Source: Chrysomallon squamiferum
Lineage: Eukaryota; Animalia; Mollusca
Length of the DNA: 64,000 nt
NCBI GenBank assembly: GCA_012295275.1
Contig: CM022666.1
Coordinates: 744,001-808,000 of the forward strand
Direction: 5' to 3'
Shown here: positions 38,026-53,380 of the stretch, piece after piece
How positions within the stretch are numbered: position 1 is the stretch's first letter
Layout: every line of letters starts with the position of its first letter
Translations under genes and position numbers: made by a program
Notes under the pieces: generated by a model
Told to the model about the DNA's origin: nothing
The model's input: the letters and a program-made list of their open reading frames with translations, nothing else
The model's database searches: none

Positions 38026-38883
38026 CACATACTTGCACACACACAAGCACACAGAAAGAGAGAGAGTGCGGTTGGTTATGAAATATCTTTTTATACCCTT
38101 TTTTTTTTTTTCTTTTTCTTTTTTTTTTTTATTATAATAAAACTTGAACGAAAAAAAAAATCTGTTTTACTTGACCTAGCAATAAATGTGCAGCAGATTT
38201 AGAAGAAGTAAACAGAGAATGTAAACACGATACAATAGGGAAGACAAACAGAATCTGCTCGTGTACACACATAGCTGTATGAAATCAGTGTTTGCCAAGC
38301 CACAAGGCAAACTGTCTATCCAGACTGCGCAGAAACAAACACGAAATGTCCATTTGTACGTTCCAGACTGCGAAAATACAATTTGTGTTCATGTCTAGAC
38401 ACCAAATTATAATCTTTAATGTGGTATAAATGAAAGTCATTTGCAATTAGAGGTGTTATGATTTTTGTGCTTAAAAAACACTTGTCACGTGATTTAATAT
38501 ATCAAGTAGTGCACATTCAGTTATTTAATATTCAAGATATTTAACGTATAGTAATCTAATATGTAATGTGTTGTACATTCAGTTGTTTAATACTCAAAAT
38601 ATGGCAGATGTAATGTGTTATACATTCAGTTGTTTAATATTCAAAATGTGGCATGTAAAAACAGACAGCTATGAAACAACAACAAGAAAGTAATTTCTGA
38701 TCTCACAAATTCAACAGATACAACACAGAACTGATCCTTCCCACTCTTCATTTTGTGAAACAGATTCTGGACAAACCAGATGTTTTTTCTACACTGGGGA
38801 AAGCTTTTAATAAACCTTTTAACACATAACATGTACTAATTAACCTAAATAAACTTACACAGAGTTATATACATAACACTTTA

Positions 38884-38929
<46 letters not shown>

Positions 38930-40379
38930 CAAAAACACAAAAGGAAAAAAAGAAGAATTAAAGAGAATTTTCATGGGTTTCGGGGTTATACCAAAATGAA
39001 CTGACGACCTATCCAATTTGTACCTCACATCATCAAATCTGATATTAATAGCAGCAAAACATCCACGCTGCCTTCAAGACATCAGTTCTGTTACACAGGA
39101 TTTTCAGCTAAAGAAAAACTCTCTCATTAAACCATCTTCGCTGTACATAATTTAATTTAACAAACATGGCGACATCCTGGTGATGCCGTTACTCAGACCC
39201 ATAAACACCAAAACATCAAAGTGGAGAAAGAGAACCTCTCTCTACATGTTTAATTAAATCAGCTAACTTCCAATGTTTGCTTATTAAAGAAAGGTGAAAT
39301 TAAGTAAGGTATCATATATATATATATATGTTTTTTTTGTTTTTTTTATCTTGTTTATTTATTGATAAAGAATTTCTAAAAATAATAACTAGTTATCATA
39401 TATTAGTTTATGATGAAAACAACAAGGTCATTATTTTATTTTAAGTAAACAAGATATATATATATATATTTAATTTTTATCTTGTTTACTTATTAATAAA
39501 GAATTTCTAAAAATAAAATGGTTATCATACATTAGTTTATGATCAAAAAAACATGGTCATTATTCGCTTATTAAAGAAAAGAGAAATTAAATCACACACT
39601 ACTTTTTTTATTGCTCATAAAGAATTATTAAAATAATAGTTACTATCTACTAATATAAAAGATGGGCAAAATTAAATAAGATACCATACATCTATAAAGA
39701 ATTTCTGAAAATAATTTCAGAAAACATACTAAAACAAAAAATAAAATTATCTAAGATATATGTTCTTTTTGTTTACTTTTTGTGTGTCTTTTTCTTTACT
39801 GAAAATAATAAATAATTACCAACTACTAATAATCAAAACATAAACTTGTATGTACATTAAGTTAATAGCATTATCCCACACTAACGTAATATTATTTTTT
39901 AAATAGCCCAAGGTAACTCAGTCTAATTTGTATATTTGCTACTGCTACCTGTAATTTGATTACTTTTTCTCTGTGAACAATTTTATACCTTTTACCTATT
40001 AACTTACATCTGGCATTCTGCTTCATCAAATTATTTTATTTATTACTCTCACCTGTTAAACATTTAAACTTCAATACCTGAACAAGTTGTCAGAATTTTG
40101 TTATGCACATAAATAAACATACCCAAAAAAAATAAAAAAAATAAAATATATATATATATATATATATACAAACACAAAAAATAAAGACACATACTGCAGA
40201 AAGAAATAGTTTTTCCAGAATCTGAAAAAATAATTAGAAGACTATCAAGGAGTTTATCAAATATGCATTCCACCATATAAAAAAATAAATAAATAAATAA
40301 ATAAAATCAGCTAAAGTTAACAAATAATTATCTTCAGTTGAAAACACAAAAAAAGATCACAAAGATGATTTTTATGATT

Positions 40380-40413
<34 letters not shown>

Positions 40414-40750
40414 AAATCTATTTACAATACGTCCCAGCAGCACAACAGAACGCCAGTCTGTAATCAAATAAGCGAGATACTGCGCCTGTGTCTGGTGATC
40501 TAACGTGAGGTATTGTACACCCACTCATCTGATATTCACCGTATTGCATGCGAGGTGATCGAACACGCGAGATATCGCATGCCACTGTCTAGATGAAACA
40601 CCATCTTCATCTTTCCACTGCATGCCCAGATGAGCCGAAGGATTAAGAAAAATAACCTTTGGCACACAAACCTGTGAAGATGTTTGTCTGAACACAGTGA
40701 CAGCTTCTGTCATTTCTGCTCAAACCTTTATTCCCCACAGAACCACCAAG

Positions 40751-40815
40751 GCAGAGGTTGTGGCTCAGTGGTTTGAGCATTCGCTGAGTTGTAACGAGTC
40801 ACAGGATTAATCCTG
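40751..40815 (+). mobile_element. Degenerate tRNA-derived SINE head
   Basis: A-box TGGCTCAGTGG (40761-40771), then gagcattcgct and a decayed B-box-like GGATTAATCC ~33 nt later; I could not fold a cloverleaf. Confidence 0.35.
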
Positions 40816-41709
40816 AAGGATTAATCCCTAACACAACAGGATCTGGTTTCTGCTCATTACATGAACAGTCCTTGGTTGTGTAGTTATATGACTCCGTGTA
40901 ACTGTAGACAGAAATTTTGCCATGAGCATTGTTAATTAAAACATTTCTTTCTTCCTGCTGCCTGGGCAAAGTTTTTACTTCCTACAGAACCATAAAGAAC
41001 AATCTGAACATTACTGATATGGATAGATGCGATGGTAATTACTGCACACTGCTTGTATTTTTATCTTTGTTTCACTTGTACATCTTAATTTCTTGTTCTG
41101 CAATCATCTTTTTTATATTATTATTATATTAATACTACCACTACTATTATTATTCCTTTTCTTCTTCTTCTCATCCTTTTATTTATCCTTTATTTTATTT
41201 TTTAGGTTTTTGTAATGATTTTTTCTTTTTACAAACCTTTAAATACTTTTAAATACAATAAGAACAATCAAATGAACTGAATTTACATCCAAAATGAAAA
41301 ATATTTTTCATTCAATCATCAAATACTCAAGAAGAATCTTGGTTCTGTGAAGTTAATTCTCGACACGGTCCTCATCACAGAAACGTTCAAGTCTGCCTGC
41401 AATGGGCCAGTCTGTTAGTTATACCAGGGAGCCCAGCCTAAGAGAGGGAGGTCTGGCAGTGTCTAATGAAATGTTGCCCAGTGCAAAGGATGACTGGACA
41501 CTGACAGCTGCGAGATTAAGCGTAAAATTGGGCTGATTGCAGCTGACAGCAGGGATTCCTTTCCTCAACATCCAAGAATTTCACAAGCAGTTTAACATGT
41601 GTGCTTAGCACGGTGATCTCTGTGTCTTCCAGACCTTTCTCTGGCTAGTCCCGAAAATACTTTTTACTTTCTGTACCAGCAGGGTTTAACAAGCAGTTAG
41701 TCAGTCAGT

Positions 41710-41718
41710 CTGTCTCTC

Positions 41719-41780
<62 letters not shown>

Positions 41781-41922
41781 TCTCTCTACATATAACTCTC
41801 TCTCTCTCTCTCCTCTCATTCTTTCTTTCTCTCTCTCTATCCCCTCTCTCTCTCATTCTCTCTATGTCAACCCTCTCTCTATCCCCTTTTCTTTCTTTAT
41901 CTTTCTCTTTCTTTCTCCCCCC

Positions 41923-41976
<54 letters not shown>

Positions 41977-42040
41977 CTCTCTCTCTCTCTATCCCCCTCT
42001 TCTGTCTTTCTCTCTCTCTCTGTGCACATCTTTCTCTTTC
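41710..42040. repeat. Compound (CT)n polypyrimidine tract
   Basis: Interrupted CT runs. Confidence 0.9.
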
Positions 42041-44349
42041 ATTGTGCCATTATTTAACAATAGTAAACTCCCCATATAGAGTTTCTGCCATTGATTTCAT
42101 GTCTTTGTAAGAATCCAATAAGAGAATCAAAGTGGATGAGAAGCAGGTTATTAGTGTCGTATTACCAACAGCAGCAAACACACAGCACAGCCTTTGTTCG
42201 CTCGTGTCATCTTCAGCAATCAGCCAAAGAACATAAAACCACAGATTCAGAAAGAAAACAAAAAAATTGTTTGTGAACAGAAATGTCAAACATGCACACA
42301 CATAAAAAAAAAAAAAAAAATAAATATTTTTTTTTTTTTTTTTTTTTTTAAATGTAGAAAAGAAACTTACCAACATCCAAGAAAATTCTTTTATATTTAC
42401 TTTCATACAGCTCAGGAATCGCAAAATAAAAAAAAAAAAAATCATAAAAAAAAAAAAAAATTAAAACGTTTTGCAACAAAAATACTTTTCTTACATTGGA
42501 TCATTTTACAACCATTCTGCCAAATTTTGCCCTTTTCCAACCCCCCACCAACAACCAAAAAAAAAAAACTAGATAAGTAGATAAAAGAAAACTGTACAAA
42601 GAACAATTGAGTAATAATGGAACAACAAAAGAAAAAGAAAAGGTTTAACAAGAAACTATCAGTACAAAACCAAAGCTCGAAGTAAAAAGAAGCGAAATGA
42701 CTCATTAAACATTGGCATGTTTTTTTCTACGTGTTGCTAATAACGACACATGTTGGAAGAATCAGACATGTAACAAAGAGAGAAATGAGTGTGATAGCAT
42801 GCACTGTTTACTGACAGCATTGTCTTAAATCACCATTGTCTGGCGAGGAAAGATATTTCAGTTCTGCAACAAAAAAAACAGGTTAGTGTAGACTTGCTTC
42901 TGATAAACACACATTTTTGGAAAAGGTTTGGTTCTGGAAGGGTTTTTTTTTTCGTTTTTTAAATTGTTTTTTTTGTTTTTTCTTCCTACTTCTTTTTAAA
43001 TTTTATTTTAATTTAAAAAATCGCCATTTTTATTGTACTGTTTAAAAAAAAAAAATTTTTTTTTTTATAATATATCAAAGTTATTAAAAGAATAATTTTA
43101 TCTTAATGTAATATTTCACTTTTAATTCTATCCCCACATTTTTTAAACTTCTTTCGTTTACAACACAACAAGATATGAAAAATTTTCTCCTTTTATTTTA
43201 TTTTATTTTCACAAGATCAACAACCTCCTCAGATTCCACTGAATATTCTGAGTGATTTCGACAAACAAGAAAAACACAAAAGAAAGAAAAAAGAAAACTG
43301 AAAACCTCCACTCAACTCTGACACAAGGTATAAAAAAAAAAACTCAGACAAAATGAATCACAAGAATCTCACAGATAAAAAAAAACTTGACATAAGATGA
43401 AACCTGAAACCACACTAGACTCAAAATGTGAATAAATTACTGTAATTGTAAAAAAAAATAGAAAGAAAGAAAGAAAGAAATAAATACTGGCATTTGTGGC
43501 TTCTAAGACAATATTTTTGTCTTTTTGAATACAATGTCTTTGAAAAAGCATTTTTTCTCATGCACACATACACACACATAAAAAAATATAAAACCTTTAT
43601 ATAGTTTGCTCCTTAGCATACAACAACAGCAACAACAACAACAAAAACAAGTAATATTTACATTCTCTGGTTACAGACAGCATAAATCATAATTAAAAAA
43701 AAAATAAAAAATAAAAAATAAAAAAAATATTCTTTTCATTACAGCGTATTGATCCCGCAACCCTGAGAACCTCACCGACAACATAAAACATTATTAATAC
43801 TGCATGTCTGCAGTGGAGATGTGATAGCAATCTCAATGAAATATTCTCATAAACCTGGCCTGGCAGCTGTGTGTGAAAACACAGACAATCTCTCCTGTCT
43901 AGAAAACATATCCAGATCATTCGCTGAATTGTTTCACCAGGCATTGAAAAAAAAAAAAAAAAAGAAATCTACCCTTCAACTCAAGTGTTGATGTTAACAG
44001 TAACGCCTCCATGTAATGGAAATTGGAAATGCTTGTCCCAGGAATGAAATTACTTAGACAGACATGCTAAACACCAGTCCGGCTTTTAACAAATTAATGC
44101 GCATCCTTGGAGAGTAATTTGGGAGGCAGCAACACATCGGGCTGAGTATCGATTCCCTGCACCACGTTCGTTCCGCTGGTCAAACCACTTAATTACCGAC
44201 ATCCTTCATTTACCAATATTTGCAAACACAAATGTCTCTCCACTGAAAGTTTTAACCTAATTTACTGTTTACTCTGAGCCGAAGACCAAGAATGCTTGTT
44301 CTATAGGAGCTGTTAGCCAGTGAAAAGAGATGATGATCTTTCGCTGGTT

Positions 44350-44640
44350 AACATTAAAAAAAAAAAATTCATTGCTTGGCATTACGTATAGTGTCAGAAC
44401 AAATGTATTTAGATTCTGAAAGCATGACACTACATACCAAATAATTACATGTATCTGTATGTTTGTAATTTTAAATTAAAAAATTCATTGTCAACATTAT
44501 ATGTACTTCCAGAACAATTACAGATGTTGAAAGCATGACACTACATACCACAGAATTACATACATCTGTATGTTTGTACTTTTAATTTTCAAAATTCATT
44601 CTGAACATTATATATACTGTCAGAACAAATGCTGTTCAAG
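44350..44640. repeat. ~110-bp degenerate tandem duplication
   Basis: gaaagcatgacactacatacca..aattacat..atctgtatgtttgta near 44418 and 44529. Confidence 0.8.
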
Positions 44641-45533
44641 TTTTAAATTCAAAATTCTTCATATATTTCCAGTATTTCAGTTAGAGGAAATAATTTCAGG
44701 TTTCCAGAAGCATGACAAAATATACCATAGAAGTCTGTGCATCCATATGTTTGTCTGTCCACTGTCCAAGTTTTGAACTGACCCTCAACATAATTATCAC
44801 ACTATGTTTAGTTCTATCTGCCTGTTTTACAGGTTTTATTTAAAGATTTACTTCAATTATGGCCCATCCAAAAAGATTTTGGATAATGGAAAAACATTTA
44901 AAAAATTTAATTATCAAACACTGACATATTAATGATAACACATAATATGTTTTAGGAGCATTAAATACTGAAAACATTAATTTGGGTGCTTATTTTTTTT
45001 TGTTACCACATGTTAACCAATTTAAAGAAAAAAAGAATTAAAATGTTTAATCATGTATCAAAGTCGAAATCAATATAAACAGACTCTAAGGCAGTAATAA
45101 AGGTAATCGTGTCATTAAGCTAGAAAACATTTTCATAAATCACGCAAATTTGTCTTACTTTAACATAGTTCACTTAAGTTTACTTAGTTTTTTTTACCAG
45201 ACTATTTATTTATAGCTGTTAAATGAGTCCTAAAAAAAAAAAAATTTAATTTTAAAAAATTAAAAAATGTCTTGAATTAATCAGTGGCAAAAACAAATTT
45301 ATGTTTAATGAGCAAAATTAAATTTAAAAATAAAAAAAAAAAAAAAAAAAAAGAAACTGATAATAAATATTGTAAATAACAGTAAAGGTGAAAATAAATA
45401 GTTATAAAGAATAGACATTCGTATAAAATTAGACCAAATTATTATCGTATGATAAGATGTGCTCAGTTTGAAATGTGTGAACGAATTTATCAGTGGCGAT
45501 AGAAAATTTATGTTTTAGAAACAACACAAACAC

Positions 45534-45570
<37 letters not shown>

Positions 45571-47705
45571 AATAAATAAATAAAAATGCTTAAACAAAAG
45601 CAAAATTAATGGACAACCAAGCTAAATAAAGCAAAGACCAATAATGTGTTTTATCACTGTTACTTTCAATCAGAAAAGATCTGTCGTGCTACCTGTTGTT
45701 CTATTAACTTCAGAAACCCTTTCAGGCTGCAAACAGCCGGCATTGTTTGGTTTGGGTTAGCAGTCAGTACAGGACTGAGTCAGTCTGACAAAGCCACTGG
45801 CAGAGCAGACGGCCGAGGTCTTCCTGATGAGGGCTTTTCCAGGCAATCTGGATTAGTGGGGAATCCAGCAGGTAATAAATTACCTGTGAAAACACTCAAG
45901 GTAGATTACGACAAGAATCCTGGTTTTAAAGGTGACTCACTCTGCTGGCTTGTTAAGTAGGATTAAGTAGGATTAAGAAGGATTAAGTAGGACACAAATG
46001 AAATGAAAACACGGTTATTAGTTAGAAAACTTCTTTAAGTGAACAGTTATTGTTTTCTTTGTTTTAATGTTGTTGCTGTAGATGCTGCCGATACTGCTGC
46101 TGATGCCTCTGTTGCTAATTCCATTGCCATTTTTGCCTTTTCTGTTGCTGCTGCTGTTGCTGCTGCTGCTACTACAACAACAACATCATCATGCTAGTAC
46201 TACTATTACTGTAATTACTGCTATTGTTATTGTTAATATTATTATGACTGTTGTTGTTACTGTTACTATTATTATTACTATACTACTAATCATAATAATT
46301 ACAATAACAATATTATTATTATTATTATTTTAACTGATATTATTTATAACACCACTCCCAGTTCCTCCCAACACTAGTCTGGTGAATTTATTAAGAAAAG
46401 ATTTTTATTCACAGTTTGATGCACACATTAATGCAAGTCGTAAAGGTCATAAAGATGTGGACGATGTTTCACATTCAACTTAAATGAGTCATTTTCGTGA
46501 TCTAAATTTCTTCTCTGAAATAAGCTCCATTTTTATGAAACAGAATCATGGAATTTCATTAATATAAAGGATGAAAACATTTAAAAAAAAAAAAAAAATC
46601 TGTTTAACTTTCTCACAATCTAAAGGCAATAATTTTAAAAGTGGACAATTCGACATAGCAGTGAAAATACATTAACATTGACTGGAGATTTTGTTGAACT
46701 GGCAAAGTCTAAAATCAGTTAAGGTACAAGCAAAGTCAAAATCAGTAAAGGTACAACCAAAGTCAAAATAAGTAAAGGTCAAAATCACTTCATAGTACTG
46801 GCAGAGTCAAAATCAGTAAAGTAACTGATAAAGTGTTTAATCAAGTCAAAATTTTTAAAATTTCACCCCCAAGAAACAGTACTGGCAAAAAAATGTAACA
46901 TTTTTAGAAGCAAAAACTGTGTTTACTTTTTAAACCCCAAATGGTTAAAATATAATATATTATTTAAAACTTTTTGTGGATAGCCAAATCTTAAAAAAAG
47001 TTCTGAAATCATATTTGCACATTTTAAACGGTTAAAATATAAAACATATTTCAAAAACCTTTGTGATTAACAAACTTTAAAAGAAGTCAAATAACGTTAA
47101 ATCTGATATTTTTAATTTTTCTTTTCCACGTTCTTAAAACAAACTGTAACACAACTATTTTGAAAATACTAAACTTTCTCAGTACAAAACTTTTAAAAAT
47201 AAAATGACATTTTAGAACATAATTATCACTGAGCCAGATTTGAGTTCATTTTATTACAGAAAAGGTGAAAAAAAAAGAAAAAAGAAATGACAACATTTTT
47301 TTGAGCTCTAGATGTTAACTGGATTTCCAGGTCATGGTGACAAATGTATGAAATGTCAGAATGCTTGTTTGGCAAACACAGTTTCTAGCTAAAAACAAGT
47401 TTGAGATGCAGATTTAAAATAAATAAAAAAATTAAGTACATTTAATCATTTCATCAGTAGCACAGAACCAGAAAGATATATGATAACAAAAAACACACAA
47501 ATCTGACATTATCTAAACCAGTAGTATATTGTATTCTTCATCATCCTTTTTTTCTTGGATATAATGTAAAAAAAAAAAATAAAAAAAATAAAATGTATTC
47601 AAATTATTTATTTATTTATTTATTTATTTGTTTGTTTGTTTGTTTGTTTGTTTATTTATTATTATTATTGTAGTTGTTGTTTTTATTATTATTGCTATTA
47701 TTATA

Positions 47706-47759
<54 letters not shown>

Positions 47760-48075
47760 TTTTTACCTGCTTTTAAGAATCTACATCTCAAATTGACATT
47801 ATTAATAAATTATAATTATTTTTGTAAATGTTTATTTTTTGATATCCTGTTACATTTTTATTCTACTTTTTTCTTTTTGTTACTGGTTTTTTTTTTTGGG
47901 AGGGGGGGTTCTGCTTTTTTGTAAAAATTAAATATCTTTAAAACAGGCTTTGAAGTTTCACTCCTATATTCTCTTTAAAAAATACTTTCATATAAGCATA
48001 AATATTTTAATAATAACAATTTACCCAGAACAAACAAAAAAAAAAATAAAAAATAAAAAATAAAAAATAAAATAA

Positions 48076-48136
<61 letters not shown>

Positions 48137-48225
48137 GTTAATTAATTTAGTTCTAAAAATATAAAAAACAAAAGAAAAAAAAAAAAAAAAAAAAAAAATC
48201 TACATTCAGCTATGCAATACATAAT

Positions 48226-48256
<31 letters not shown>

Positions 48257-50710
48257 CATCTGACAATAAACCACACCCAAAAATGGAATAACTGATCAGT
48301 CTTCAGATACCATTCCATCATTTGTGAGTCCAAAGTGACCTGCACAGCAGTGAATTAGTGACATGAAGAGATGTGATGTGGAATAAAACAATAAAGTTCA
48401 GTAGCCATTTTACTACACTTTCAATACTGCTTCTTGACCCTTAAAATACTATGATTCTCAATTTTTTGAAACTTTAAAATATTATTCTGTGATTCAAAAT
48501 TGTTTTTGCTATTGCTGAACCCTTAAAATATTGTGATTCTCAATTTTTTGCTGTCACTGGAACCCTTAAAATATTATTCTGTGATTCGCAATTGTTTTTG
48601 CAATAAGTGAAAAACTGGCTCTTGACATTTTAAATTGACAAATCCAGGCTAAGTCACATGACCTCAGATATGTAAGTGTAACTTCAACAGCTAACTGCAA
48701 ATACCTTTGAAAAATATCACAAGAGTCATTGAGAAGAGCAGCTTATTAAACAACATCACTGTTGTTTCTACAGGATTAGCCGGAAATAACAGAGAATATC
48801 GGAAGATAAACAAAAATCCATGAAGACCCAGGAGGGTGACAAATGCTTGAATATTCAGTAATTCGTTTATGGAGTATTTGTTACAATGATTTTTGTTTTC
48901 TCTTTAATGGATCAACATCATTTATTTTTATTATTATTACTTCCCCCCGAGTGGAATTTAATAATAGTAATAGTAAGTTGTGGTAGTAGTAGTAGTAGAA
49001 TATGTATGCATGTAGTGGCAGTGGTGGTGGTGGTGGTGGTTGAAGTAGTTGTGGTAGTAGTTGAAGTAGCAGCAGAGGCAGTATTTGAGTTAAAGAAAGA
49101 AACCATATTCTGACTGTGAATTAGTTAATTTCAAAATCTGACATTTATTCCTGTTTGCCCACAATCCTTTATCTACAGTCATGTGTCTATGTGTGTGTGT
49201 GTGTGTGTCTGTGTGTCTGTGTGTTCTATATCCAGAAGATAACCAGATTTTTAATTCCTTTTCTTTTAAATTGAAAAATGAATTGCCTAGACTGATATAA
49301 AAAAAAAAAAAAAAAAAAAAAATTTTTAATTCCTTTTTCTTTTGAATTGCCTAGACTGATAAAAAAAAAAAAAAAAAAAAATTCTTTTTAAAGTCGAAAA
49401 AAAAAAAAAAAATGAGATAAATTACTTGTGCAATGGCGTTTGGAGTATAAGAGATAACTTAATTTTTAAAAATGTTTTAAACTGAAAAATGAATTGGCCA
49501 GCACGACAATTTCTTCTTTTTCTTTCCTTTTCAATTTTGGGGGAAAGAGAGAGAAAAAAAAAAAAAAAAAAAAACAAAGAAAAAGATTATTTGGTCAATG
49601 CTTTTTTTTTTTTTTTTTAATATCCTGAAGGTAAACCAATTTTGTTTTTATTCCTTTCTTTCAAACTGGAAAATGAAATCCTCATCTGATTATCTGATTT
49701 TCAGTTTAAACACTGCAACAGCCACTGACTTTTGTTTATAGTAAAATATCAATCCTGATAACTTTAAATGAAAAGAGAAAAAAAAAAAGGAAAAAAAATG
49801 AAAGATACTGGCTGGCCTAACATTTAAATAAAACAAAAAAAAAAAAAAAAAAAACAAAGCTTGCTACTACAACCTTGTTTATGGAAAAATCTCAATCCTG
49901 CAGACTTTCAGTTTATCCAGTTAATGATAATTGAATTATCAGAAACACTTTCTCCAGCGCTATCAGATTACTATGGTAATTCATGAAATATGTATGCAAG
50001 GCAGACAGCAGTAAAGTCTAACACAGCAACTGATAACAGAGTATCAAGAAATTCATGAATTCGTGAAAAAACCTTCGGTGAAATCAACACAGTTTGGTTC
50101 AAGAATTTACCTAATATTTCTAACAGGTAATGGAAAAATATCTGTGGTAATTTCATACAAGATTTAGCCTCTGTCAGAAATATTTCATATACATGAATGT
50201 TTAACTGTTTAATCCATGCAGTTTTTATTATTTCTTGGTTTCCCTGTTTGCCCTTACTCACAGCTCTCATTATCACTGCACAAAGCTGTTTAAATATAAG
50301 TTTTATCAGTTGTATTATTATCAGTTGACATTTTGTATCATAATTAAATAATTAACTTGTACCTTAACTTGTGTTGTGTGTATTTCTCTAGTGGACAGAT
50401 GTAATTATTGATTTATATACAGATTGTTCTGTTAATTTATTTTTTTAATTCTTTGTTAGGTGGCCATTAGAGCACCTTGTTACCCTAGTTTGAGTCTTAA
50501 TGAAATATCCAGGATGTTTAATGGTTTAAAAAATTGTAAAATAAAGTGTATTTGAAATCTCAGCATGTATTATATTTGTACTGAATTCAAGTACGATAAT
50601 GTGTGTTACCTTCTGACTTTGTGCCATCTACTTTTATGGATTATATTTAAATGTAAAAAAAAAATAATAATAATTAAATTATCTATCTAAACAATTATTA
50701 TAAAATTTAA

Positions 50711-50741
<31 letters not shown>

Positions 50742-51179
50742 GAAGTTTAAATTAAACAAATTAAGAAAATTAAACCAGCACAGTTTGTCACTACAGAACA
50801 CAATAAAGGATCACTGTATTCATTCTTTGAACTTTATGACAAAATGACTCATTACATTAACTCGAGTCATTAACTTTTACGACACAATAATCCATCACTT
50901 TTTATTTTAAATTATAATTCTGACACAGTAGGATTATTCTATTTGTCATTTTGGCTTATAACCCTATAGATCATCATGTACAGATGGGAATAATGCAAAT
51001 TGAATACATTTTTCTTTACTCCACAAAAAACTAAACAGACATTTTATAAAAGAAGACAAAACTGTGGACTGCCTCTTCCAGATCCAGTTACATATGTCAA
51101 TCTGATTTATCAATCACTGCTAACTTTATCAATCAACAGTGTCAACTGACAATCTCTCTGCTAAAAATATAAAGTCTTA

Positions 51180-51900
51180 AATGTAATCCTTCGTGTAACA
51201 AGAACTCAAATACAATACTTTAATAGTATCTCAAAGTTAAATGCAATATTTTATGTAACAGGACTGACATAATTCACAATAACATTCAAACTTACAATAC
51301 AATTTTTTATGTAATGATTCAACAAGTCCTTAATACAATACTTCATGTAATGGTTCAACATGTCTTAAATGGATACAGTCCTTTATATAATAGTTCAACA
51401 GTTTTTAGATACAATCCTTTATGTGATTTTCTGAGATCTAAATACTTTAAGTAATATTTTAAGACTTTAATACAGTATTTCTTATAATTTTGTAACATTC
51501 TTGAATACAATACTTTAGGAAAAGAACCAAATCTTAGATAGTTTATGTAACATTCTAATTTATGCAAATACAATACTTATGTAAAATGGAATGGTCTTAA
51601 ATGTAATCTTTAATATAATACTGTAATATTTAAATACAATCCTTTCTGCAGTGTTGTAGCATTTTGAATACAATACTTTATGTAAAACCGTTACATTTAA
51701 ATACAAAACTTCATATCCTGTCTTGAATAAAGTCCTTTAGATAAAATCCAAGCTTATCTTAAATAAAAGTTCTTTGTGTAATATTATAAGACTTAAATAC
51801 TTTACATAAATATTTTAAACCCTCTTAAATACAATCTTTATTTAACAGCTCAACTTAACTAAATGTAATTACTTATTTAGTAATTAAAGTCTGAAACACA
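51180..51900. repeat. Degenerate ~38-bp tandem repeat
   Basis: Recurring cttaaatacaat(a/c)ctttatgtaa variants. Confidence 0.65.
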
Positions 51901-51932
51901 ATCATTTATCCTTTATTCAATGTTTAATGTCT

Positions 51933-52327
51933 AAAAAGCTCTTCTTTATCAGTTTATTTAATATTTACAGTATAAAAAGCACTTCTTTATCATTTTATTT
52001 AATGTTTACAGAATAAAAACCACTTCTTTATCAGTTTATTTAATGTTTACAGAATAAAAACCACTTCTTTATCAGTTTATTTAATGTTTACAGAATAAAA
52101 AGCACTTCTTTATCAGTTTATTTAATGTTTACAGTATAAAAAGCACTTCTTTCTCAGTTTATTTAATGTTTACAGTACAAAAAGCACTTCTTTATCAGTT
52201 TATTTAATGTTTACAGTACAAAAAGCACTTCTTTATCAGTTTATTTAATATTTACAGTACAAAAAGCACTTCTTTATCAGTTTATTTAATGTTTACAGTA
52301 CAAAAAGCACTTCTTTATCAGTTTATT
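51933..52327. repeat. 41-bp minisatellite, ~9.5 copies
   Basis: Unit aaaaagcacttctttatcagtttatttaatgtttacagtac; period seen at 52021 and 52062. Confidence 0.95.
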
Positions 52328-52849
52328 GAAGATATAATAGTTTCAGAAGGAAAAAAAAAAAAGATTCAAATGTTTTTTTTTTTTTTTTCCATTTTCAGAA
52401 TTCTAACTAATTTGTTTTCTCCTAGTCTCTGGAGATAATCTTTAACGTGATCCTTTTATCCCTGTAGGAATCTACAAGCAAATACACCCACACTGACGTA
52501 ATTCAGTATAAACAGCCAAACTGAGTTATGTAATGCTGGCTTATAGATAAACACAACAGTGAAATTACACTGGTAAAAGACTGCTAACAAGTTTACCGAG
52601 TTACGTAACTGGTTTATTTTCACGAGGTACAAGTATATACGACGTTGTATTACACAGGCTGGGTTCGGGTAATGACGTTACTGGACAAATGTGACAATAC
52701 AGGTTTTTATTCCACGTTAAGTATACGTGTAATGTTATTACCACATCAGTGAAAGTCGTAGAATAACAACTTTACTTTAACAGTATTGTTGTGTAAAGTT
52801 ATTAAAAAAGTTCTGTTCTGTTCTGTTGTAACATCAGGCAGAACAAGTC

Positions 52850-53380
52850 ACAGTAACTATGACAGTCACAATTTTCACTTACAGTTGATGACAACTTACA
52901 CTAATTACAATTTTTACTTCCTTGAACATTTAGTATCTACAGCAGTCAAAATTTGACTTTTTCTTTTTCTGTGACAACTATAGCATCACAATTTTGACTT
53001 ACTTGTACATACAGTGTTGGTAATAGCAGTCACAATTTTTATTTCCCCTCTTTCCTTTAGTGACAACTATAACAGTTGTAATTTTGACTTTTCCCTACAT
53101 AGTGACAACTCTAGCAGTTACAATTCTTATTTTACTGCTTCTTTAGTGACAACTATAGAAGTCACAATTTATACTTCTTCCTACATGTAGTAACACTTTA
53201 AAACACACAATTTTAAATGTTTTTCTTATTTTTTTAGTTAAAACTTTAGCAGTGACAATTTCGACTTTCCTTGTACATTTTAGTTACTATAACGGTCACA
53301 ATTTTGACTTCTCCCTACCTTTAGTGACAACTACAGGAGTCACAGTTTTTTCTTCTCCATGTACACTCAGTGACAGTCAC
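52850..53380. repeat. Degenerate ~45-bp tandem repeat
   Basis: Recurring tagtgacaactatagcagtcacaattttgactt. Confidence 0.75.

Noticed and set aside
39160-39175. YY1-like AACATGGCG (also AAAATGGCGG near 59100) as a promoter
   Set aside because: Isolated motifs without supporting elements or an associated exon.
40751-40830. Functional tRNA gene
   Set aside because: A-box present, but the B-box is decayed and I found no cloverleaf; kept only as a low-confidence SINE relic.
51933-52327. Regular repeats that might suggest a CRISPR array
   Set aside because: Head-to-tail copies with no unique spacers, eukaryotic context, and no cas genes.
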